Source: Planctomycetota bacterium (GTDB taxonomy: Bacteria; Planctomycetota; UBA1135). Taken from it: a stretch of 64,000 bases of DNA. Location: assembly GCA_024229395.1 (NCBI GenBank), contig JAAESM010000050.1, positions 250,758 through 314,757 on the forward strand, written 5' to 3'. The translations under genes and the position numbers were made by a program. Below the pieces are notes generated by a model, which did not search any database, had not been told where the DNA came from, and saw only the letters and a list, made by a program, of their open reading frames with translations. Of this stretch, positions 52,280-61,160 are shown piece by piece. Positions within the stretch are counted from its first letter, which is position 1. Every line of letters begins with the position of its first letter.

Positions 52280-53152
52280 TTATTCCGCAGCTGGAGCAGG
52301 ATCCACCTTGCTCAGTCCGGCGACACCGGAACCCAACAGCGAGTCGAAGCCTGGGCCCCCGATCAAGGTGCCGTCTTCGTCGATCAAGGCGTAGGTGAAG
52401 AACAACACCGAGCCATCGTCGGCGTTGATCTGCACGTTGTCCATACGACCCACAGAATCGTTGGTCAAGGTGAACACGTTGGCTGCACTGGCCGAGTAGG
52501 TGTGTTGCACGAAGCTGTCATGAGGACGAATCATCTGACCGGATAGCACTGCACCGGCTACATCCAGAGTCAGTTCGATGAAACGACGCTTGCCGCGACT
52601 GTTGGCACCCGTACCCTTCCAGACTCCGTCCATCAGGTCTGCGCTGAACTGGCCAGCACCCATGCTGCGCTTCAGCACGAAGCTTCCTTCGATCAAGATG
52701 TCGGCGGCGTTGAGGTGGCTGAACTCACCGGTGAGGGTGGATAGCGCATCATTCATCTGGGCCGTCAGGACCAAGTTGTTGGTGACCAAAACCGATTCGA
52801 TGTTGGCCGCCATGACTCCGTCTACGTTGAAATCGAGGCTAGTGGTATCGATCGATGTCCATTGGTTACCAAGGCTATCGGCGGATTCCACAATCTGACC
52901 GCCGACCACGGTGAAGTAGAAGTTGCGTACATCCCTGGCAAGGCTGTCTGGAGTCAGCTGGCCGAACCAGTCGCCTTCCATGTCATCGAGGGAGAAGACA
53001 ATCGGCGGTGGGTCAACCGTGCCGCCGCCAGTGGCTCCACCGGTGATATTGGCAACGCCAGGACCGGGGTGCGAGCATGCGACAAAACCGCCGAGCAACA
53101 AAACTGCAAGGCTGCGTGTTGGCAGGGAAAGTGATCGTGAGAGGGTACTCAT
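52280..53152 (-). CDS. hypothetical lipoprotein
   Basis: MSTLSRSLSLPTRSLAVLLLGGFVAC has a lipobox-like L-G-G-F-V-A-C, followed by a Gly/Thr-rich linker. The remainder is beta-rich with no recognised motif. ATG verified at 53152. Confidence 0.5.
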   Translation of the reverse strand: MSTLSRSLSLPTRSLAVLLLGGFVACSHPGPGVANITGGATGGGTVDPPPIVFSLDDMEGDWFGQLTPDSLARDVRNFYFTVVGGQIVESADSLGNQWTSIDTTSLDFNVDGVMAANIESVLVTNNLVLTAQMNDALSTLTGEFSHLNAADILIEGSFVLKRSMGAGQFSADLMDGVWKGTGANSRGKRRFIELTLDVAGAVLSGQMIRPHDSFVQHTYSASAANVFTLTNDSVGRMDNVQINADDGSVLFFTYALIDEDGTLIGGPGFDSLLGSGVAGLSKVDPAPAAE

Positions 53153-53457
53153 GAATTCGTTTATGTGACTGGTGCGAGAGTGAAGATCCAGTTTGGCAAT
53201 CCGCAACGAAAGAGTGCGTTGTGAATGCCATTTCGTATGAATGATATTGCCTAAGTCATTGGTTCACAGAAATTTCCCAGGAATTCTTGTTTACAAACGC
53301 TAGGATGTCGTAAAGGCCCAAAAGACGCGAAACCCCCGTAATTATGGGTTCCAACAAATCCCCCAGATGTTAGAAAGGAGTTGGAACAAATAAGCGAAAC
53401 CGCCGTCCCATCTAATGGATAAGTGCTTTCTCCCCTTCTCCTTTCACCAATCCTCCA

Positions 53458-56373
53458 ATGATTCGAAGATCCCTAGCAGCCTCTTTGGCCGTGCTTGGCG
53501 CTTTGGCGCTGAATGCACCCGCCTACTCCCAAAATAGTCAGGAATCCGTCGACCCTGTCACCAAAGCCTTCCAAGGTTGGCAAGATGACAGCGGTATGGC
53601 TTGGCGTCTCACACGCCACACTGATCAGCCTACCGGTCAATTCCTGTATGGCGGCAAGCTCGCAGCTCCTTTCACCCCTGTCCTCGACGCCGACTGGTAC
53701 GAGCTCGCTCTGCAGTCCTTCGACCAGGCTTACGACGTCTTCGCGATTAGCGAGCAGACTCTGATCCCAATCCGGGTGAAGCACTTGGCCCTGAGTCAGA
53801 TCGGCACCACTGATAAGGTTGCCGTCGAGTTCATGCAGGCCGTTAACGGCGTGCCAGTGATTGATGGTTCGGTCCAGGCCCTGTTCACCCTACAGGGTGA
53901 GCTGCTTGCTTTGGACAGCTTGGCCATCGCCGGAGTTGAGAACCTCCGCACCCGCCCAGCATCTAACGCTTATCAGGCTGCCAACGCTGCAGTCACTGAC
54001 TACATCAATCTGGAGCAACGCGAGCCCTTCGAGGTCAGCGATCCAGAACTAGTCATCATCAAGCATGCTTCGGGTAAGTACATCGAAGGTCGCTTGGCTT
54101 GGGCTTTCGAGCTACGCAACCGCGAGAACCCTGAGAATCCTGCTGGTCGCGAGATCTTCATCTCCGCCGACGATTCTTCGCTGGTCATGCTGAAAGAGAA
54201 GAATCTGATTCATCATCAGCAGGCAAGCGGAACCATCGAGTCTTACGCGACTCCAGGAACGGCTGCTCCCTCCGCGAGCAACCCTCCGACCGTGCAGATC
54301 ATGCCGTTCATGAACTTGACTTCGAGTGCTGGTAACACCACCACCGATGAAAACGGCAACTTCAGCATCAACGTTGGTAACAGCAACCCGCTGGATATCA
54401 CCGCGACTTACGCTGGTCCTTACTGCCGCGTTTACAACCAGGCCGGTGGCGATCACAGCACCACGACTTCGTTCACCCCTGGCGTTCCTGGCACTTTGAC
54501 CATGAACACCGGGCAGACCGAATTCGTTACTTCTGAGGCATCGTGCTTTGACTCGGTCTTGGATGTACGTACGTGGTTGAAGTCGATCGACCCGAGCGAC
54601 AACACCCTCGACTTCCAGGTGCGCACCAACGCCAACCTGAACTCGACCTGTAACGCCTACTACGATGGTGTCTCGATCAACATGTACCGTTCCGGCGGTG
54701 GCTGCAACAACACTGGTTTCAGCACTGTGGTCGCGCACGAAGAAGGTCACTGGGCCAACTCCCTGTACGGCAGTGGCAACGGCGCCGATGGTTTCGGTGA
54801 AGGTAACGCCGACGTGCTTGGGATGTACGTCTACGACGTCGCTGTGATCGGTTCCGACTTCTTCACCAACGGTGGCATCATCCGCACCGGCAACAACACC
54901 CGCCAGTTCTGTGGCGACAATAACGGTGGCTGCTACGGCCAAGTCCACGCTGATGGCGAGGTCCTTGGTGGTGCTATGTGGAAGGTGCGTCAACGCCTCA
55001 ACGCTACCTTGGGTAACGCTGCAGGCGACCTAACGGCCAACACCCTCTGGGTAGCTTGGATGAACTCCTACAACGATGGCCAGATCAAGACTGTCATCGA
55101 AGAGCACTGGCTCGCATTGGACGACAACGACGGCAACATCTTCAACGGTACGCCGAACTTCGCAGACATCGATGGTGGTTTCCGCGACCAGGGTTTCCCA
55201 GGCGTAGATCTTGCCTTGATCGAAATCGACCACACTCCACTCGGTGACAGCCTCAGTGAAGCCGGTCCTTACGTGGTTGATGCTGACATCAACAGCGGCA
55301 TTGGTGCCGTCGTCACTGGCGCTGAAGTGCACTACACCGTGAATGGTGGTGCTGAAATGATCGTTGCAATGTCCAACCCTTCCGGCACCAACTGGACCGC
55401 CGGCATCCCTGGACAAGCTTCCCCAGCTCGCCTGACCTACTGGATCACCGCTGAGGATTCCATGGGTAACGATGAGCGTCTGCCACGCAACTCCGAGTAC
55501 GAGTTCGTCGTCGGTGTACGCACGCAGGTTTACTTCAACGACTTCGAAGGTGCTACCGACGAAGGTTGGACGCACGTACAAGTCGCAACCCAAGATGACT
55601 GGCAGCGTGGTACGCCTCAAGGCCAAGGCGGCGACCCAGGTGGCGCTTACTCGGGCAACAATGTCTGGGCAAACGACCTTGGTGCGTCCGGTTGGAACGG
55701 CACTTACGCCACCAACACCAACAACTACCTTGAGTCTCCGGTCATTGACTGCACCGGTGCGAGCGGCGTGACCTTGGGTTTCGCTCGTCACCTCTCGGTG
55801 GAAGAAGGCATCTACGACCAGGCAACCGTCCGCGTCAATGGCACCACCGTTTGGGCTAACCCCTTGAACGGCCACACCACCGATTCGGAATGGACCATGG
55901 TCGAGTACGACATCTCGGCAATCGCTGATAACAACCCATCCGTTCAGGTCCGCTTCACCATGCAGAGTGATGGTGGTCTTGAGTTCGGTGGCTGGAACAT
56001 CGATAACTTCGAGCTCTACACCTTGGATTCCGTCCCAGGTGGCGGCACCGACGTGATCCTGCTGACTGGCGACGCTAACGGCAACGCTGGTGGTCTGGTT
56101 TCCTACACCTTTAGCGGTATGGAAGCTGGTCGTCCTTGGCAAATGATTGGCGGTCTGTCCAACGCAGGCAGTGTAATCTTCGGTCACACCTTCGACATCG
56201 GTCCTGGATACCGTCAGCTCGGTTCCGGCATTGCTACCCCTTCCGGCGATGGCGCAGTCTCCTTCACGATCCCAGCCAGCCTTCCATCCGGAACGGTCGG
56301 CTATCTTGAAGTCGGTGCGCAATCTTCCAGCGGAATCGTCGATTCCAATCTCTTCAGCGTAACTGTTAACTAA
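53458..56373 (+). CDS. secreted gluzincin metalloprotease (thermolysin M4 / fungalysin M36-like catalytic core) with a C-terminal Ig-like + jelly-roll + beta-sandwich module
   Basis: Signal LAASLAVLGALALNAPAYSQ. The catalytic VVAHEEGHWANSLYGSGNGADGFGEGNADVLG gives HExxH plus a third-ligand Glu in a GEGxxD context, as in M36/M4. The C-terminal ~370 aa is shared with the next gene. Confidence 0.7.
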   Translation: MIRRSLAASLAVLGALALNAPAYSQNSQESVDPVTKAFQGWQDDSGMAWRLTRHTDQPTGQFLYGGKLAAPFTPVLDADWYELALQSFDQAYDVFAISEQTLIPIRVKHLALSQIGTTDKVAVEFMQAVNGVPVIDGSVQALFTLQGELLALDSLAIAGVENLRTRPASNAYQAANAAVTDYINLEQREPFEVSDPELVIIKHASGKYIEGRLAWAFELRNRENPENPAGREIFISADDSSLVMLKEKNLIHHQQASGTIESYATPGTAAPSASNPPTVQIMPFMNLTSSAGNTTTDENGNFSINVGNSNPLDITATYAGPYCRVYNQAGGDHSTTTSFTPGVPGTLTMNTGQTEFVTSEASCFDSVLDVRTWLKSIDPSDNTLDFQVRTNANLNSTCNAYYDGVSINMYRSGGGCNNTGFSTVVAHEEGHWANSLYGSGNGADGFGEGNADVLGMYVYDVAVIGSDFFTNGGIIRTGNNTRQFCGDNNGGCYGQVHADGEVLGGAMWKVRQRLNATLGNAAGDLTANTLWVAWMNSYNDGQIKTVIEEHWLALDDNDGNIFNGTPNFADIDGGFRDQGFPGVDLALIEIDHTPLGDSLSEAGPYVVDADINSGIGAVVTGAEVHYTVNGGAEMIVAMSNPSGTNWTAGIPGQASPARLTYWITAEDSMGNDERLPRNSEYEFVVGVRTQVYFNDFEGATDEGWTHVQVATQDDWQRGTPQGQGGDPGGAYSGNNVWANDLGASGWNGTYATNTNNYLESPVIDCTGASGVTLGFARHLSVEEGIYDQATVRVNGTTVWANPLNGHTTDSEWTMVEYDISAIADNNPSVQVRFTMQSDGGLEFGGWNIDNFELYTLDSVPGGGTDVILLTGDANGNAGGLVSYTFSGMEAGRPWQMIGGLSNAGSVIFGHTFDIGPGYRQLGSGIATPSGDGAVSFTIPASLPSGTVGYLEVGAQSSSGIVDSNLFSVTVN

Positions 56374-56379
56374 ACGCGA

Positions 56380-58890
56380 ATGTTCCTACCTCTACTTCTC
56401 GCCTCCCTGCTTCAGCAGGGAGCCGACGTTCTCGGTCCCCCTCCAGGGACCGAGGCGACGGCTCAAGTCCCAACCACGGAAAGCGACATCGCTGTCTATA
56501 CCTATGGCACCGACACCGCCTTGCGCGATCAGCTGATTCGCAACGGCGAGATGTACGATGACATGGGCGGCCTGATCGCCGGTCGCACCGACACACAGCT
56601 CGCCCAACGTCTGGGCGTGCCGATGAAGGTGCTGCCTGCCCTGGCCGCCGATGAAGAACTCTTCACCTTGGTAGCTCACCATGATGAAGAGGAAGCGGGT
56701 CCCGTAGCCTCTTCTGGCCGCGAGATCTGGCGCTCCGAGGATGGTCGTGTGCGTTTGCGCGCCCTGACCAAGGCACAGTTGGCCACCATGGTCAACCCTG
56801 GCTTCCGCTGCCACGGCGCAGTCCGCCAGATCGGTGGCAACGCCATCAAGCCAGTCTCGGCACAGAGTTATGGCGGTCGCCTGAACGCCATCACCCCTGA
56901 CCCTGTGATTGCCTCTTGGGTAGCACAGGTATCGGACACCAACATCGCCACGGACATCGCCACCATGGAGGCTTTCGGCACACGCCGTCACGGTCAACCT
57001 GGTTCGATCAACGCGCAGAACTGGTTGGTCTCCGAAATGAACGGTCTTGGCCTGACCACGACCACCTTCAGCTACGACAGCGACGCCGATGTCGTCATCG
57101 GTGAGAAGCAGGGCATTACCGATCCGAGCAAGATCGTCATCATTGGCGCTCACTACGACTCGGTGAACTGGCAAGGTTCCGCCACGTCGCCGGCACCAGG
57201 TGCTGACGATGATGCTTCCGGTACCGCCGGTGTCTTGGAGATCGCTCGCATCTTGGCGGCGAATGATTTCGATTACACCATCCGCTTCTGTGCCTTCTCC
57301 GGTGAGGAGCTGGGTTTGCTCGGTTCCGAGGCCTACGCCGCGCATCTGGACAACATCAACGCCAACGTGATCGGCATGGTGCAGCTGGATATGACCGCTT
57401 ACCGCGCTCCTGGCGATACGCGTTCGGTCGGTTTCATCACTAACGACACCGACACCAACATGAACAACTTCGCGATGGACGTCTACGCCGCGTATGTTCC
57501 AACCCTACCGATCAACATCGGCCCATTGAGTGGCGGTACCAGTGACCACCGCTCCTTCTTTAACCACGGCTTCCCGGCAATCTTCCCATTCGAGGACCTG
57601 GGGCAATACAGCCCTTACATTCACACCTCAAGCGATGTCACCGGCACTTCCGCCAACGACTTCGTCTTGGCTGAGATGATTACGGCAGGTGCTTTGGCAA
57701 CCGTCGCCGAACTGGCTCGCCCAGTGTCGATGACCTTGAGCCACTCGCCTTTGGGCAACACCCAAGATGAAGTCGGTCCTTACGTGGCAACCGCCGATGT
57801 GGTCTCGCAGACCGCAGCTTCGGTCAATACCGTGGAACTGAACTGGCGCCTTGAAGGTGGTAACTGGAACAGCGTGGCAATGAGCCCGACTGGAACTCCG
57901 GATCAATGGTCCGGCGATATTCCTGGTCAGGTCAGCCCGGCGCGCGTCGAGTACTACATCGTGGCCACCGACACCAACAGTCGCAGCATCTGGACTCCTG
58001 AAGGCTTCGCCCCAGGTGACAGCGTGCACCGCTTCGTCATCGGCATCTACAACCGCATCGCTTTCGACGACTTCGATGGCGCCAGCGACAACGGTTGGAC
58101 TCACACGCAGGTCGCAACCCAAGACGACTGGCAGCGCGGTACGCCTCAGGGCAACGGCGGTGATCCAGGTGGTGCCTACTCGGGCGCCAACGTGTGGGCT
58201 AACGACCTTGGCCTGTCCGGCTGGAATGGCACCTACGCCACCAACACCAACAATCACTTGGACTCGCCTCCATTCGATTGCACCGGTGCAAGCGGTGTTT
58301 ACCTGCGCTTCGCGCGCTGGTTGACGGTTGAAGATGGCGCTTACGACCACGCTCGCATTGAAGTGAATGGCCAAACGGTCTGGTCGAACCCAACCGGCAG
58401 TGACTTGCTCGATAACGCTTGGAGCATCCAAGACATCGACATCTCTGCTATCGCCGATGGCAACCCATCGGTTTCGGTTCGTTTCCACCTCGATTCCGAC
58501 GGCGGCCTGGAATATGGCGGCTGGAACATCGACGACTTCGAGCTCTACACCTTGGAGCCTGTCGGTGGCCCTGGCGGTCCAACCCTCGCTGCTCCTGGTT
58601 CGGTGAATGCCGGCTCGGCTGTGACCATCGACTTGTCGAATGCTCCTAGCAACAGCCCATGGTGGTTGCTCTACAGCTTCAGCAATAGTGGCACGGTGAT
58701 CTCCGGCTTGAGCTTCGAGATCGGCGCGCCTTGGGTGCTGCTGCACAACGGCTCGGCTGACGGCAACGGTGATGCTTCCTACACCAAGACGATTCCACCA
58801 ATCGCAAGTGGCCGGACGGTCTACCTGGAAGCCGCAACCAGCGGTGGTACTCCAACGACCACCAACATGCTGACCTTGCAGATCCTCTAG
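56380..58890 (+). CDS. secreted M28-family aminopeptidase carrying the same C-terminal module as the preceding protease
   Basis: Signal MFLPLLLASLLQQGA. M28 motifs are IIGAHYDSV, GADDDASGTAGVLEIARIL, FCAFSGEELGLLGSEAYA and SDHRSF. The C-terminal FDDFDGASDNGWTHTQVATQDDWQRGTPQGNGGDPGGAYSGANVWANDLG... is nearly identical to the equivalent stretch of 53458..56373. Confidence 0.8.
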   Translation: MFLPLLLASLLQQGADVLGPPPGTEATAQVPTTESDIAVYTYGTDTALRDQLIRNGEMYDDMGGLIAGRTDTQLAQRLGVPMKVLPALAADEELFTLVAHHDEEEAGPVASSGREIWRSEDGRVRLRALTKAQLATMVNPGFRCHGAVRQIGGNAIKPVSAQSYGGRLNAITPDPVIASWVAQVSDTNIATDIATMEAFGTRRHGQPGSINAQNWLVSEMNGLGLTTTTFSYDSDADVVIGEKQGITDPSKIVIIGAHYDSVNWQGSATSPAPGADDDASGTAGVLEIARILAANDFDYTIRFCAFSGEELGLLGSEAYAAHLDNINANVIGMVQLDMTAYRAPGDTRSVGFITNDTDTNMNNFAMDVYAAYVPTLPINIGPLSGGTSDHRSFFNHGFPAIFPFEDLGQYSPYIHTSSDVTGTSANDFVLAEMITAGALATVAELARPVSMTLSHSPLGNTQDEVGPYVATADVVSQTAASVNTVELNWRLEGGNWNSVAMSPTGTPDQWSGDIPGQVSPARVEYYIVATDTNSRSIWTPEGFAPGDSVHRFVIGIYNRIAFDDFDGASDNGWTHTQVATQDDWQRGTPQGNGGDPGGAYSGANVWANDLGLSGWNGTYATNTNNHLDSPPFDCTGASGVYLRFARWLTVEDGAYDHARIEVNGQTVWSNPTGSDLLDNAWSIQDIDISAIADGNPSVSVRFHLDSDGGLEYGGWNIDDFELYTLEPVGGPGGPTLAAPGSVNAGSAVTIDLSNAPSNSPWWLLYSFSNSGTVISGLSFEIGAPWVLLHNGSADGNGDASYTKTIPPIASGRTVYLEAATSGGTPTTTNMLTLQIL

Positions 58891-58911
58891 GGTCTGCCGC
58901 TCGGCAAAATC

Positions 58912-58955
58912 AAGAAGCCCTGATTCGCGCACAACAGCGTGAATCAGGGCTTCTT
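58912..58955. terminator. long hairpin between convergent genes (likely terminator, best for the minus-strand GT4 gene)
   Basis: Perfect 15-bp inverted repeat aagaagccctgattc (58912-26) / gaatcagggcttctt (58941-55) with a 14-nt loop. On the minus strand it is followed by GATTTTG. The right arm overlaps the GT4 stop codon. Confidence 0.6.
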
Positions 58956-60174
58956 AACTTGAGGCCGCGAGTTCCTGGAATAGCAGCTCGTAGGCTTCGG
59001 CTGCCTTATCCCAAGAATGCAGGCGCGCCATCACTTCGCGCCCTTGCTTACCGAGCTGCTTACGCTTGGCCTCATCATCCAAGAGCACGCACACCGCCTT
59101 GGCGAAGTCGGTTGGGTGATCGGCTAGGCACAGCAAGTCACGGACCTCGGAGTGCATGGCTTCAACGCCAGTGGAGTTGGTGACGACTGGCTTTTCGACC
59201 GCCATCGCCTCCAGCACCTTGTTCTTGATCCCTGCACCGAAACGCATTGGTGCGACCAACATGGTGGCGCGTTGGATCCACGGCTTCAGGTCCTCGACTC
59301 GTCCGGTGACTTCGACACCTTGGATCTCGGCGAGTGCCTGCACTTCCGGTAGCGGGTTGGTCCCCACCACTGTGAAGGTGACGTGCGGATGCGTCTTGCG
59401 AACGATTGGCAGGATGTCGGTGGCGAAGTGGATCGCTGCGTCGTAGTTGGGCAGGAAATCCATATTGCCGAATACGATCAGGTTGCCTGGTTCCTCCTCC
59501 ACTCCTTCGACGGGTTGAAACATCTCCAGATCCACGCCATTCGGAATCAACTCGACGCGACAACCCGGCTTTAAGCGTTGCAGACAATCGCGGTCCAACG
59601 GCGACACCACTGTGGACATGGGGTAGCGCTCCAGAGTGAAGGTTTCGTAGCGGTTGAAACGATGCAGCAACTGCTTGGTGCGCAAACGCTCCTTGAATCC
59701 GAGAGCGCCGCGTTCAAGCCTGCGCTCGTAGAACATGGTGCGACAGTCGCAAACATCCAACAGCGTAGGGATCTCCAAGGCGGCATCGCTGAACCACAAG
59801 TCCGCCCATGGATCAAAGACATAAGCCGCATCCAATTCAAGAGCGGCCTTCATGACGCGCACCTCCTCTTGTAGGGCTTGACGGAAGCCTGGGTATTCGG
59901 CGTGGAAAGCCGATACCGGTGCGATCCCCAAGTTGGTGCGCAAGCGCCCAACCACATTGCGCGCCGGCACATCACGCATGGTGATGGACTTGAAGATGCC
60001 TTGGCTTTCGACACCGCCTAGCTTGGCACGCTGCTCGTCCTCGTGGTTGAGGGCAAGCAGGTGAATCTCATGACGCTGCGCAAGCCTGCGGAAGATATGC
60101 AGGATGCGTAGGTGGTAACCCTCCGATATCGGCCAGGGCAAACCGCGGTAGACCACGAGTAAGCGCATGCCCAA
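58954..60174 (-). CDS. glycosyltransferase family 4 (GT-B, Glycos_transf_1)
   Basis: The C-terminal FGAGIKNKVLEAMAVEKPVVTNSTGVEAM matches the GT1/GT4 E(x7)E-type motif. The length and two-Rossmann layout also fit. Confidence 0.75.
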   Translation of the reverse strand: MGMRLLVVYRGLPWPISEGYHLRILHIFRRLAQRHEIHLLALNHEDEQRAKLGGVESQGIFKSITMRDVPARNVVGRLRTNLGIAPVSAFHAEYPGFRQALQEEVRVMKAALELDAAYVFDPWADLWFSDAALEIPTLLDVCDCRTMFYERRLERGALGFKERLRTKQLLHRFNRYETFTLERYPMSTVVSPLDRDCLQRLKPGCRVELIPNGVDLEMFQPVEGVEEEPGNLIVFGNMDFLPNYDAAIHFATDILPIVRKTHPHVTFTVVGTNPLPEVQALAEIQGVEVTGRVEDLKPWIQRATMLVAPMRFGAGIKNKVLEAMAVEKPVVTNSTGVEAMHSEVRDLLCLADHPTDFAKAVCVLLDDEAKRKQLGKQGREVMARLHSWDKAAEAYELLFQELAASS

Positions 60175-60218
60175 CTATAAGGCCATCGACCCTCGGAAGC
60201 TCTGCCTGATTCGGCAGC

Positions 60219-60548
60219 TCAGCTGGTGCTTTCGGTCGGCAAGACCTTGTCGAGCATGGCGCGCAACTCACCGTTGGCATGGAGCTCGTGAAGGATGTCG
60301 CCGCCGCCGATGAACTCACCGCCGAGGAAAATCTGCGGCGTGGTTGGCCAGTTGCTGATTTCCACCAGTGCTGGCTTGATGCCTTCATGCTGGAAGATAT
60401 CTATGACCTCGAAGGGCACCTGCATGCTGTTCATGATGTCGATCACGGCCTTCGAGAAGCCACAACGCGGAAACATTTTGTTGCCCTTGGCGAACACCAG
60501 GATGGGCTGTTCGGCGATGGCCTGTTGTAGAGATTCTTTGATGTTCAT
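60219..60548 (-). CDS. grxD: monothiol glutaredoxin (Grx4/GrxD type)
   Basis: ILVFAKGNKMFPRCGFSKAVIDIM has the CGFS active site, and WPTTPQIFLGGEFIGGGDI is also present. The ATG at 60548 overlaps the bolA-like stop (ATGA). Confidence 0.85.
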   Translation of the reverse strand: MNIKESLQQAIAEQPILVFAKGNKMFPRCGFSKAVIDIMNSMQVPFEVIDIFQHEGIKPALVEISNWPTTPQIFLGGEFIGGGDILHELHANGELRAMLDKVLPTESTS

Positions 60549-60787
60549 GATGCTGCTGGGCAAGTGGTCTTGATCTGGACGGCGTGAACCGAGTTATCGC
60601 CCTCGGACATGAAGGGGCGCATGACGTCGAGCACCTTACGATGCTGTTCGAGCAGGGGCAGGCCTTCAAAGCCAGCCCATGAGATCTGGAGATTCCAGTG
60701 ATCCATGGTGCCGGTCAGGTCTGTGGCAACGCAGGATGAGCCCTCTAGGCCATCCATGACAATTTTTTCGACTGCGGAAGCTTCCAT
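60545..60787 (-). CDS. bolA: BolA-family protein
   Basis: 80 aa with ...GTMDHWNLQISWAGFEGLPLLEQHRKVLDVM...VHAVQIKT, matching the BolA pattern (F.G......HR.V...L.....HA..I.T). It is translationally coupled to the CGFS glutaredoxin. Confidence 0.7.
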   Translation of the reverse strand: MEASAVEKIVMDGLEGSSCVATDLTGTMDHWNLQISWAGFEGLPLLEQHRKVLDVMRPFMSEGDNSVHAVQIKTTCPAAS

Positions 60788-60887
60788 CGATTGGGTATTT
60801 TATCCTGTTGAGTCCAGATTCGGGAACCAACCCCCGTTTTCTGGTACTAAAGTGCCCAGGTCCGTTTCTAGGACAGGAATCTGAACG

Positions 60888-61142
60888 ATGGCAAAAATCG
60901 AAATCTACTCTAAAACTACCTGCCCCTACTGTGTCATGGCCAAGCGCTTGTTCGAGAGCAAAGGTCAGGCCTTCGAGGAGATCAACCTCAACCTGAACCC
61001 CGAGCGCACCGACGAAATGGTAGAGCGCGCCGGTGGCAGGATGACCGTGCCGGAGATCTTCATCGATGACAAGCTGATCGGCGGTTACGACGACCTGGCT
61101 GCCTTGGAGCAGGAAGGCAAGCTCGACCCACTCCTAGCCTAA
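60888..61142 (+). CDS. grxC: dithiol glutaredoxin (Grx3 type)
   Basis: MAKIEIYSKTTCPYCVMAKRLFESKG has the CPYC active site. TVPEIFIDDKLIGGYDDL is present, and the length is 84 aa. Confidence 0.85.
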   Translation: MAKIEIYSKTTCPYCVMAKRLFESKGQAFEEINLNLNPERTDEMVERAGGRMTVPEIFIDDKLIGGYDDLAALEQEGKLDPLLA

Positions 61143-61160
61143 TCGGCCCGAATCTGTGCC

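Noticed and set aside
53300-53350. Possible c-di-GMP-I (GEMM) riboswitch because of AAAGGCCCAAAAGACGCGAAACCCCCG, resembling GGCAAA...GACGCAAAGCC
   Set aside because: The P1 hairpin that must separate the GGCAAA and GACGCAAAGC blocks is absent. I also could not draw a tetraloop/receptor pair, so the resemblance is limited to one short block.
55591-58259. Diversity-generating retroelement (template/variable repeat pair) as an explanation for the two near-identical blocks in the protease genes
   Set aside because: The mismatches are of all types and mostly synonymous, not adenine-specific. No reverse transcriptase or accessory gene is present in the window.
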